Positions 37,590-46,008 of a DNA stretch of 64,000 nt are shown piece by piece; position 1 is the stretch's first letter, and the number at the start of each line of letters is the position of its first letter. The DNA comes from Candidatus Acidiferrum sp. Its GTDB lineage: Bacteria; Verrucomicrobiota; Verrucomicrobiia; Limisphaerales; UBA11358. Both the position numbers and the translations under genes were made by a program. The notes beneath the pieces are model-generated. The model saw only the letters and a program-made list of their open reading frames with translations, had not been told where the DNA came from and did not search any database. The stretch is from positions 4,560 through 68,559 of the forward strand of contig DATJOW010000144.1 in NCBI GenBank assembly GCA_035506715.1. Reading direction: 5' to 3'.

Positions 37590-39767
37590 TCAATATGGCA
37601 ACGGAAACTTCGCCGTCAGCTCGCGCACGCGCCCGCGGACCTTGTGCGCCGCCTCCACGTTTTTGAGGTCCTGCAGCACTTCGGAAATCATGTCCGCAAT
37701 CGCCGCCATCTCTGGCTCCTTCATCCCGCGCGTGGTCACCGCCGGCGTGCCCAGCCGGACGCCGCTGGCCTGGAACGGCGAGCGCGTCTCGAACGGAATC
37801 GTGTTTTTGTTGACCGTGATGCCGGCCTCGTCGAGCGCGGCCTGGCAGTCCTTGCCGGTCAGGTTCTTCGCCCCCACGTCCACGAGCATGAGGTGATTGT
37901 CCGTGCCGCCGCTGACGAGGCGGTAGCCGTTGCGCTTCATGCCTTCGGCCAGCGCCCGGGCGTTTTTCACAATTTGTTCCTGATAGACCTTAAATGCGGG
38001 TTGCAGGGCTTCCTGGAAGCAGACCGCCTTGGCGGCGATGACGTGTTCCAGCGGTCCGCCCTGGATGCCGGGGAAAACCGTGGAGTCGATTTCCTTGGCG
38101 AATTTTTCCGGACACAAAATCAATCCGCCGCGCGGCCCGCGCAGCGTCTTGTGCGTGGTGGTGGTCACGAAATCCGCGTGTCCGACCGGGCTGGGATGCA
38201 ACCCCGCCGCGACCAGGCCGGCGATGTGCGCAATGTCCGCCAGCAAATAGGCGCCCACTTCCCGGGCGATTTCGCCCATGCGCTTGAAATCGATGATCCG
38301 CGGATAGGCGCTGGCGCCCACGGTGATCATCCTCGGCTTGTGCTCCCGGGCCATTTGGGCGAGCTGGTCATAATCAATCCGCTCGTCGTCCTTGCGCACG
38401 CCGTAATGGACGATTTCAAAGAACTTGCCGGAGAAGTTCACTTTGTTGCCGTGGGTCAGATGCCCGCCGTGGCTCAGGTCCATCGTCAGCATCTTGTCCC
38501 CGGGCTTGAGCATGGCGAAGTAGACGGCCATATTCGCCTGGCTGCCCGAGTGCGGCTGGACGTTGGCGTGTTCCGCGCCGAAGATCTTTTTGGCGCGGTC
38601 AATGGCCAGCTGCTCGACCGTGTCCACATTTTCGCAGCCGCCGTACCAGCGCTTCTTCGGCAGGCCCTCAGCGTATTTGTTCGTGAGAACAGAGCCCTGC
38701 GCTTCCAGCACCGCCGGGCTGGTGAAATTCTCGCTGGCGATCAGCTCGATGTTTTCCTGCTGCCGCAGCCGCTCATGCTCGATGGATTCAGCCACGGCCG
38801 AGTCCACCTGGCTCAGGCGCAAGGCCGGCGCGGCGGAACGGGCATCCATTTTGTTGACCCGGCGCTCGTGGCGGCCGCCTTCGAATTTGGCGGCGATAAA
38901 CGCGTCGAGAATTTTCCGGCCCACATCGGGCGAGGTGTTCTTGCCGCTGAGGCAGAGGATGTTCGCATCGTTGTGCTGGCGCGCCAGGGTGGCGGAGGTT
39001 TCATCGGCCACGAGGGCGGCGCGTGCGCCGGGCACCTTGTTGGCGGTCATGCTCACCCCGATGCCGCTGGTGCAGATGAGCAGGCCGAGCTTCGCCTGTC
39101 CGGCCGCCACTGCCTGGGCCACCGGCCGGGCAAAATCGGGATAATCGTCCGCCGGATCCTTGGTCCTGGCGCCAAAGTCGGCGACGCTCAGTCCGCGTTG
39201 TTGCAGGTGCTGTTTCAGCGCCTCTTTCAGTTCAAAACCGCCGTGATCCGCCCCGAGGGCGACGCTCGCGACGGCGGCCGGTTTGGCCCCGTGCGGGGCC
39301 GAGAGAATATCGTGTTGTTCCATAAATTTCAAAAGGGAGGCGATGCCGTGTTCGATCTGGTCGCGGCAGTGTTCATAAACCATATACGCGCTGCCAATCG
39401 GATCGGGGATGTCTTTTTCAAACTCCTCGAGCGAGTCATCAAACTCACGCAGCAGGAAGGTCTTTTCCGCCGCCTGCGGATACAGCAACGCGATGGCGTC
39501 CACGTGACTGCGGGTCATGCCGAAGATGTAATCCGCCTCCTGCAGGAGGTCCGTCGTCAACATCCGGCTGCGCTGGTTGGAGATGTCGATGCCCCGCTCG
39601 CGCATCGCTGTTACCGAATGCACCGTGGGCGGCTGGCCATCCACGGCTCCCAGACCGGCCGAGAGGACGCGAAACTCCCCCCGCCCGGCCGCCGCCCGGC
39701 GGAAGAGCGCCTCCGCCATCGGGCTGCGACAGATATTGCCGGTGCAGATGAACAAGATGGTTTTCAT
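37590..39767 (-). CDS. glyA: Single ORF fusing an LMW protein phosphatase-like domain, ribose-5-phosphate isomerase B and serine hydroxymethyltransferase
   Basis: Residue numbers in this entry and the related finding follow the track ORF, which opens at TTG 39776; the preferred ATG 39767 is residue 4. aa 4-155: [22 protein letters not shown] (CX5R loop). aa ~171-310: [46 protein letters not shown]. aa ~320-728: [62 protein letters not shown]. There is no stop codon or frame change between the modules. Confidence 0.85.
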   Translation of the reverse strand: MKTILFICTGNICRSPMAEALFRRAAAGRGEFRVLSAGLGAVDGQPPTVHSVTAMRERGIDISNQRSRMLTTDLLQEADYIFGMTRSHVDAIALLYPQAAEKTFLLREFDDSLEEFEKDIPDPIGSAYMVYEHCRDQIEHGIASLLKFMEQHDILSAPHGAKPAAVASVALGADHGGFELKEALKQHLQQRGLSVADFGARTKDPADDYPDFARPVAQAVAAGQAKLGLLICTSGIGVSMTANKVPGARAALVADETSATLARQHNDANILCLSGKNTSPDVGRKILDAFIAAKFEGGRHERRVNKMDARSAAPALRLSQVDSAVAESIEHERLRQQENIELIASENFTSPAVLEAQGSVLTNKYAEGLPKKRWYGGCENVDTVEQLAIDRAKKIFGAEHANVQPHSGSQANMAVYFAMLKPGDKMLTMDLSHGGHLTHGNKVNFSGKFFEIVHYGVRKDDERIDYDQLAQMAREHKPRMITVGASAYPRIIDFKRMGEIAREVGAYLLADIAHIAGLVAAGLHPSPVGHADFVTTTTHKTLRGPRGGLILCPEKFAKEIDSTVFPGIQGGPLEHVIAAKAVCFQEALQPAFKVYQEQIVKNARALAEGMKRNGYRLVSGGTDNHLMLVDVGAKNLTGKDCQAALDEAGITVNKNTIPFETRSPFQASGVRLGTPAVTTRGMKEPEMAAIADMISEVLQDLKNVEAAHKVRGRVRELTAKFPLPY

Positions 39768-39818
39768 GCCGCGCAAAGACTCAAGTTGAGTGCTCTCGCG
39801 CCTGCCGTCAACCCGAAA

Positions 39819-40886
39819 TCAGGGACGCGGTCCGCGGAGGGCCGCCAGCCCCTTGACGAGGTCCACCGCCCGCACCAAAACGGGATCGCGCAGCTGCGGC
39901 TTGGGCGGTAGGTCGGCAACTGTGGCAGCCGGACTGACGTCACTGTCGTCGTCGGCGCTCCGGGCCGGGACTTTCACCGGTCTCATCGATGCGGGAAGTC
40001 CGTTCGATTTCGCGTCCTTTTGTTTCTGCCGGACCAAGTCCGCCTCGCTGGTGCGGTCCACGAACGGCAAAAAGCTGTTGGTGACCGCTCTGGCCGCGTC
40101 GCCGGTCGGTTTTTTCGTGACATAAGGATTCCGCCAGAAGGCGCGTTCCTCCTCGGCTGCCACGTTCACGGTAATGTCGGGTTTCAAACTTTCCGTCGGA
40201 TTGATTTTGCCGTCTGGTTTTGCCGGGGTGGTTGCGATCAACAGCCGTTCGCCGTCTTTCAAGACAAACGGCTTGAAAACCAGGGTGCTGCCGGCGGTCG
40301 TGTTGCCAAGGATCAATCCCGTGCCGGCTGAGCGCAGCGCCGCCGCCAGTGTTTCCGCCGCCCCGTGCGTCCCGCCGTTTACCAAAACGACCAGTGGCCC
40401 GCCAATCGGGCGGGAAGCTCTTTGGTCAGACAGAAGTGCGGCGACGGCCTGGGAGGCCCCGTAATCTTCCCCGCCGGCAAAGCGTAAATCCAAAACCGCC
40501 CCGGCGATGGTGTTCGACGCCGTCAAAGTCCGGCCGGTGTCGGCCAACTCGGCTGCCAGGCCGGTGGTGACCCGGTCCACGCGCCAATACACAACGTTGT
40601 TTTCGATGATGGCGGATCGGCTCAAGGCTTTTTCACCGGATCCGGGGGCCGTTCCGGTTGTACCTTCGCTGACGAGTTCGATCTGGCCGGGAAACTGTGC
40701 AATCAGGCCAGCCACGGCGGCGCGGTTCAGGCTGGCATCGGTGGCGCCTGGCAGGTTGGTCAGCAGCAATTCATAGACTTCCTTGAAATCCGGCGCCGGA
40801 TTGGTTGCGTCCGCCCGCAAGATGCCGGGAGCGGCCAGCCAACCGGTCAACGCCAGGATGAAAAGGCACGGAAATTGTCGCGTCAT
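39819..40886 (-). CDS. S41 (C-terminal processing) peptidase-like protein, catalytic residues apparently substituted
   Basis: Signal peptide MTRQFPCLFILALTGWLAAPGILRA. The block PLVVLVNGGTHGAAETLAAALRSAGTGLILGNTTAGST aligns by eye to the S41 motif VVLvn..SASASEi.AgAL......lvG..TfGKG. Confidence 0.55.
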   Translation of the reverse strand: MTRQFPCLFILALTGWLAAPGILRADATNPAPDFKEVYELLLTNLPGATDASLNRAAVAGLIAQFPGQIELVSEGTTGTAPGSGEKALSRSAIIENNVVYWRVDRVTTGLAAELADTGRTLTASNTIAGAVLDLRFAGGEDYGASQAVAALLSDQRASRPIGGPLVVLVNGGTHGAAETLAAALRSAGTGLILGNTTAGSTLVFKPFVLKDGERLLIATTPAKPDGKINPTESLKPDITVNVAAEEERAFWRNPYVTKKPTGDAARAVTNSFLPFVDRTSEADLVRQKQKDAKSNGLPASMRPVKVPARSADDDSDVSPAATVADLPPKPQLRDPVLVRAVDLVKGLAALRGPRP

Positions 40887-41011
40887 GCAACACCAAAATG
40901 CGCGACAGAATCGCGAAAGTAAAGGCGTCAGGCATTGACGCTTTGCGATTTACGAATCCATCCATTCATCCCGGCTGGCGCGTATATAGTATATGGTCAA
41001 TCGTAAATTTC

Positions 41012-41044
41012 TTGTCGGATTCCAAGCCTCGGCGGCGATATACT
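41012..41044 (+). promoter_or_regulatory. Candidate promoter of the fused ECF sigma gene 1 (shared TTGTCGGATT box plus TATACT)
   Basis: TTGTCGGATT (41012-41021) also occurs at 44410-44419 upstream of the paralog. In both cases an A/T-rich -10-like hexamer (TATACT here) starts 17-18 nt after the box. Confidence 0.35.
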
Positions 41045-41053
41045 GGCAAAAGC

Positions 41054-42679
41054 ATGACAAGCGATTTGGATTTGCTGGGGCAATTCAGCCGTGACCATTC
41101 GCAGGACGCCTTCACCGCGCTGGTGAATCGTCACTTGAACTTGGTCTATTCGGCGGCGCTGCGCCAGGTCCGTTCATCGCAACTGGCCGAGGAAATCGCC
41201 CAATCCGTCTTCGTCGACCTAGCGCGCCAAGCCGGCAAATTGGACAAGGCCACCGGCGGCTCGCCGGTTTTGACCGCCTGGCTTTACACGGTCACCCGCC
41301 GAACGGCGATTGACGTGGTGCGGCGCGAGTCCCGCCGACGGCTGCGCGAACAAATCGCCGTGGAGACGACGAATATGAATGCAACCTCCTCTGACTGGCA
41401 GCAAATAGAGCCACTGCTGGACGATGCGATGGCGGCGCTCGACGACACCGACCGCAGCGCCGTCCTGCTCCGCTATTTTGAAAACAAATCCCTCCGCGAA
41501 GTTGGCGAAGCGTTGGGAACTTCGGATGACGCCGCACAAAAACGGGTCAGCCGCGCCGTGGAGCGCCTGCGCGAATTCTTCACCAAACGCGGCGTCGCTG
41601 TCGCCGCCAGCGGCCTCGCCGTTTTGGTTGCTGCCAACGCCGTCCAAGCCGCGCCGGCTGGACTCGCTGCCACAATTTCGGCCGCCGCCGTTCTGGCCGG
41701 AACTGCTGTTTCCACTTCAACCGTCATCACTGCCACCAAAGCCATTGCCATGACCACCCTGCAAAAAGCCATGATCACCGCCACCGTCGTCATTCTGGCC
41801 GGAGGCGGAATTTACGAAGCTCGCCAAGCCACGCAACTGCGCGAGCGAAATCAGGTCTTCCAGCAAAAGCAAACCTCATTGGCCCAACAACTCGGGCAGT
41901 TACAACAGGAATATGCCGACATGAGCAATCGATTGGTCGCGTTACAGGCAGAAAACGCACAATTGAAATCTGGTCAGAACACGGCTGAACTGCTGAAACT
42001 GCGCGGAGAACTGGCGCGCCGCCAAAACGCGACAAACGATCCGGCTGATGGCGCCGCCAAATCGTGGTTGACCCGCGTGAATCAACTCAAGCAATACCTT
42101 GATCAGAACCCGCAGGCAAAGATTCCGGAACTGCAATTTGTGACCGAAGATGACTGGCTGAATGCCGCCCGCGGGAGTTTGAACGGCGATGCGGATTATC
42201 GCCGCGCCATGAGCACACTGCGAAGCGCCGGTGAACACAAAGTCGGGAACATGCTGCAAAAAGCGCTGAAAGCGTATATGCAGGCCAACCACGACCAGAT
42301 GCCGACTGACTTGGCGCAATTGCAGCCCTATTTCGACTCGCCCTTGGACGATGCCATTCTGCAACGGTGGGAGATTGCGCCAGCGGAAACCGTCCAGAGC
42401 CTGAGACTCGGCGGAGATGTGATCATCACACAACGAGCGCCAGTGGATGAAGTGTTCGATATTCGCTGGGGCATCGGCCCCAATGGCTTCGGCAGCACGG
42501 ATTTTTTATCAACGTCAACCGATACGTACAAAACGATGCAACCAGTGTTCGACGCCTACCGCGCAGCCCACAACGGACAATGGCAGGATAATCTCTCAGA
42601 ACTCCAGCTTTACGCCACCACGCCGGAACAACAGGCGGCGTTACAGAAATTGATTCTGAAAAAAGCCGCTGGGAATTAG
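41054..42679 (+). CDS. ECF-type sigma-70 factor with a long membrane-spanning/coiled-coil C-terminal extension
   Basis: ATG 41054. The sigma region-2-like segment is FTALVNRHLNLVYSAALRQV...IAQSVFVDLAR. The region-4 HTH is AVLLRYFENKSLREVGEALGTSDDAAQKRVSRAVERLREFF. An Ala/Thr-rich hydrophobic block, a Q/L-rich heptad region and a ~200-aa tail follow. Confidence 0.8.
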   Translation: MTSDLDLLGQFSRDHSQDAFTALVNRHLNLVYSAALRQVRSSQLAEEIAQSVFVDLARQAGKLDKATGGSPVLTAWLYTVTRRTAIDVVRRESRRRLREQIAVETTNMNATSSDWQQIEPLLDDAMAALDDTDRSAVLLRYFENKSLREVGEALGTSDDAAQKRVSRAVERLREFFTKRGVAVAASGLAVLVAANAVQAAPAGLAATISAAAVLAGTAVSTSTVITATKAIAMTTLQKAMITATVVILAGGGIYEARQATQLRERNQVFQQKQTSLAQQLGQLQQEYADMSNRLVALQAENAQLKSGQNTAELLKLRGELARRQNATNDPADGAAKSWLTRVNQLKQYLDQNPQAKIPELQFVTEDDWLNAARGSLNGDADYRRAMSTLRSAGEHKVGNMLQKALKAYMQANHDQMPTDLAQLQPYFDSPLDDAILQRWEIAPAETVQSLRLGGDVIITQRAPVDEVFDIRWGIGPNGFGSTDFLSTSTDTYKTMQPVFDAYRAAHNGQWQDNLSELQLYATTPEQQAALQKLILKKAAGN

Positions 42680-44313
42680 GCCCGAACTTCGGCCCCCGGC
42701 CGGTTCCTTAATTCCACGCGCCGGGTTTTGCCGCTGATGGTCTGGGGCAATTCCCGCACGAACTCGATTTCGCGCGGGTATTTGTAGGGCGCGGCGTTCT
42801 GTTTGCAGTGCTGCTGCAGCTCGCGCATCAAATCGTCGCCCGCCACCGCTTCCGGTCGCAGAATGACAAACGCCTTCACAAGCTGCCCGCGTACGTCGTC
42901 CGGCTTGCCCACCACCGCCGCGTCCAGCACTGCCGGATGTTCCAGCAGCACGCTCTCCACCTCAAATGGCCCGATCCGGTACCCGGCACTTTTGATCACG
43001 TCGTCCCGGCGCCCGATGAAATAAAAATAACCGTCCGGGTCGCGCACCGCGCGGTCGCCGGTGAGATACCAGTCGCCGCGGAACTGCCGGGCCATCTCCA
43101 CCGGGTTCAACCAGTATTCCTGAAACAGCCCGACCGGACGATGCGGTTTCACGCGCACGGCGATTTCGCCCTCCTGGCCGGCGGGCAGCTCAATTAAATC
43201 GTCGTCGAGCAGCGCCACTTCAAAGCCCGGCGCCGGTTTGCCCATCGAACCGGGGCGCACTTCATGGCCGAGCGGGCGGAAGTTGCCAATCAACGCCACC
43301 GTCTCCGTCTGGCCGTAGGCCTCGTGGAGGGCCAGGCCGGTGGCGTCCTGCCACAGCTTCAGCACTTCGGGATTCAGCGGTTCCCCGGCGGTGACACAAT
43401 GCCGGAGCCGCGGAAATTTCCAGCGCGACAGGTTCTGCCGGACAATCAACCGCAGCGCGGTCGGCGGGGCGCACCAGGTGCTGATGGGAAAGCGCGCCAG
43501 GACGTCGAGCGTCATCACCGGATCGAACTTGCCGTGGACATTGAGCGCGAACACGCACGCGCCCATCTGCCACGGGCCGTAAAAACTCGACCACGCGGCC
43601 TTACCCCAGCCGAGGTCGGAAATGTTCCAGTGCACCTCGCCGGGTTTGCAGTCGAGCCACAACCCGCCGGTGAGCCGGTGGCCGAGGCCGTAGCTCGCCT
43701 GCGTGTGCAACACCATCTTTGGGTCGCCAGCCGTGGCGCTGGTGAAATAAATGATGCCCGGATCATTGCTGCGCGTCGGCCCGGTTTGAAACGTTGTTTC
43801 CACTTTGCGCAAGGCGGCATCGAAATCAATCCAGCCCGAAGGCGCGTCGCCCACCGCCAGCCGGATGCCGTCGAAACCACCCACCTTGACGATGCCTTCA
43901 GCGTCGGTGATGACGGCCCGGATGCGCGCTGCCTGGAGCCGGTACGTGACGTCGCGCGGGGTGAGCAGCAGCGTGCCCGGCACCGGCACCGCGCCTAGCC
44001 GGATGAGGCCGAGCATGGCAATCCACCATTGCGGCACCCGCGGCAGCATGATGAGCACGGTTTGGCCGCGCCGTACTCCAGCCGACCGAAAGACATTGGC
44101 CGCCTTGGCGCTAAGTTCCGAAAGTTGGGCGAACGTGAATTTCTGTTCCGCGCCGGTTGCGGCGTCCACGCACCACAATCCCGGCGTGTCCGGCTGGATT
44201 TTGGTCCAGCGATCCATCACATCCGTGGCGAAATTAAAATGCTCAGGAACCTGTAATTCCCAGGAAGATGCCGGATCACTCTGAGCGCGGAGGGCCGTGA
44301 GATGGGTGCTCAT
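42676..44313 (-). CDS. AMP-dependent acyl-CoA synthetase/ligase (medium-chain/aryl type)
   Basis: Motifs: IIYFTSATAGDPKMV (variant AMP-binding motif), YGQTE, GDWYLTGDRAVRDPDGYFYFIGRRDDVIKSAGYRIGPFEVES, ISGKTRR. Confidence 0.85.
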   Translation of the reverse strand: MSTHLTALRAQSDPASSWELQVPEHFNFATDVMDRWTKIQPDTPGLWCVDAATGAEQKFTFAQLSELSAKAANVFRSAGVRRGQTVLIMLPRVPQWWIAMLGLIRLGAVPVPGTLLLTPRDVTYRLQAARIRAVITDAEGIVKVGGFDGIRLAVGDAPSGWIDFDAALRKVETTFQTGPTRSNDPGIIYFTSATAGDPKMVLHTQASYGLGHRLTGGLWLDCKPGEVHWNISDLGWGKAAWSSFYGPWQMGACVFALNVHGKFDPVMTLDVLARFPISTWCAPPTALRLIVRQNLSRWKFPRLRHCVTAGEPLNPEVLKLWQDATGLALHEAYGQTETVALIGNFRPLGHEVRPGSMGKPAPGFEVALLDDDLIELPAGQEGEIAVRVKPHRPVGLFQEYWLNPVEMARQFRGDWYLTGDRAVRDPDGYFYFIGRRDDVIKSAGYRIGPFEVESVLLEHPAVLDAAVVGKPDDVRGQLVKAFVILRPEAVAGDDLMRELQQHCKQNAAPYKYPREIEFVRELPQTISGKTRRVELRNRPGAEVRA

Positions 44314-44409
44314 TAAAACTTGGGCATTAATATCCCGAGGCCGGCTCGCGCCGTCAAACCCGATTTTCTTATCGTGCCAGCAATTGCTCCACTTAAAATC
44401 TGAAAATCT

Positions 44410-44443
44410 TTGTCGGATTTTCGCCCGGGCGGTTGTTTAATAG
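44410..44443 (+). promoter_or_regulatory. Candidate promoter of the fused ECF sigma gene 2 (TTGTCGGATT box plus TAATAG)
   Basis: It has the same 10-mer as 41012-41021. TAATAG (44438-44443) ends 5 nt before ATG 44449. Confidence 0.35.
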
Positions 44444-44448
44444 GTGAG

Positions 44449-46008
44449 ATGCAGGAAAAGTCCGACCTCCAACTGCTCCGTGACTACACCGAATGTGGTC
44501 AGGAAGCCGCCTTCCATGAGATCGTTCTGCGTTATACGGATTTCGTGTATGCCGCCGCGTTGCGGCAGGCGGAATCCGCCGATCGGGCGGCAGACATTGC
44601 CCAAAACGTTTTCGTGGACCTGGCGCGCAAAGCCCGATCAGTTGCAGAACGATCGGGGGCAGAAGCTTCACTGGCCGGCTGGCTGCATCGAGCCACGCGC
44701 TACGCAGCACTGAATCATCTGCGCGACAACCGCCGCCGCGTCAACAACGAAAGGCAGGCCATGGAACAACTCCTCACCGATTCCGAACCCGCTGCGGATT
44801 GGGTGCAAATCCGCCCCGTGCTCGACGAAGCCCTCGACAGCCTGGGCGATGACGACCGCGAGGCTGTGTTGCTCCGCTATTTCCAGAACCAGGATTTCCG
44901 CGCTGTCGGGATCGCGCTCGGTATCAGCGACGATGCCGCACAAAAGCGAGTCAGCCGGGCTGTGGAACGGCTGCGTGAATTTTTCTTAAAACGCAAAATC
45001 GCCATTGGCGCCGGCGGGCTCGTTGCCTTGATTTCCGCCAATGTGGGGCAAGCCGCTCCGGCTGGATTGGCAGCCGCCATTTCCACCGCCGCGCTCGCCG
45101 GAACCGCCGTTTCAACCTCAACTGCAATCGCCGCCACCAAAATTATCGCCATGACCACTCTCCAGAAAGCCGTTGTCACCGCCACCGTCGCTGTTTTGGC
45201 CGCCGCCGGCATTTACGAAGCTCGTCAAGCCGCGCAATTGGGCGAAGAAAACCAAGCGCTCCGGCAACAGCAAGCGCCGCTGGCCGAACAGGTCCGGCAT
45301 CTGCAAAATAATCTGGCGGACGCGACCAACCGGTTGGCGGACATGTTGGCGGAAAATTCGCGGTTAAAATCGAATCCAAATCAGACCGAGCTGTTGAAAT
45401 TGCGTGGAGAAGTGACGCAATTGAAAACAGCCGCAATGCAAAAGAAAAGTGACCCCATTGAAGCTGTGGCAACCGCGCGGGCTGCAAAAGTGAATCAACT
45501 CAAGCAACGGCTGGAGCAAATGCCCAACGAAAGAATTCCCGAGCTTCAATATTTAACCGCTCAAGATTGGCTGCGAGGTGCGACTTATAGCGGTGATTTG
45601 AATACAGACGATGATTTGGACCGGGCTTTGAGCCAATTGCGACGCGATGCCAAACGAACGTTTGCTTATTCGATAGGGGAGGCTTTGGCTAATTATATTG
45701 CAGGCCATCGCGGACAATTGCCCGGCGACATCTCACAGCTGGAATCTTACTTCAATCCGCCGATTGACGGGACAATTCTTCAGCGCTACCAACTTTTGCG
45801 GGCGGGAAATTTAAGCGACATTCCGAACAATGAGCCATTGATCGCAGAAAAAGCGCCGGTCGACGATCAATACGACACGCTCTTCAACATCAGCGCCACC
45901 AGCTTTTCTTATCAAGGCACAGGAACCTCATGGGTGAACGGAAGCGGCAAAGGTGATTTTGGAACAAATATAACCGCGAAAATAAAGCCGTTTGAAAGAG
46001 AGAATTAA
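44449..46008 (+). CDS. ECF-type sigma-70 factor with a long membrane-spanning/coiled-coil C-terminal extension (paralog of 41054..42679)
   Basis: ATG 44449. Motifs: FHEIVLRYTDFVYAAALRQA, IAQNVFVDLAR, AVLLRYFQNQDFRAVGIALGISDDAAQKRVSRAVERLREFF. It has the same Ala/Thr-rich block (QAAPAGLAAAISTAALAGTAVSTSTAIAATKIIAMTTLQKAVVTATVAVLAAAGIYEARQAAQL). Confidence 0.8.
   Translation: MQEKSDLQLLRDYTECGQEAAFHEIVLRYTDFVYAAALRQAESADRAADIAQNVFVDLARKARSVAERSGAEASLAGWLHRATRYAALNHLRDNRRRVNNERQAMEQLLTDSEPAADWVQIRPVLDEALDSLGDDDREAVLLRYFQNQDFRAVGIALGISDDAAQKRVSRAVERLREFFLKRKIAIGAGGLVALISANVGQAAPAGLAAAISTAALAGTAVSTSTAIAATKIIAMTTLQKAVVTATVAVLAAAGIYEARQAAQLGEENQALRQQQAPLAEQVRHLQNNLADATNRLADMLAENSRLKSNPNQTELLKLRGEVTQLKTAAMQKKSDPIEAVATARAAKVNQLKQRLEQMPNERIPELQYLTAQDWLRGATYSGDLNTDDDLDRALSQLRRDAKRTFAYSIGEALANYIAGHRGQLPGDISQLESYFNPPIDGTILQRYQLLRAGNLSDIPNNEPLIAEKAPVDDQYDTLFNISATSFSYQGTGTSWVNGSGKGDFGTNITAKIKPFEREN

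Noticed and set aside
37590-39767. The possibility that the phosphatase-RpiB-SHMT ORF is three genes merged by my misreading.
   Set aside because: The track shows a single 728-aa translation with no stop, and the domain order and lengths add up. I cannot exclude a sequencing or assembly indel that removed stops, so this is stated as the refutation test rather than assumed.
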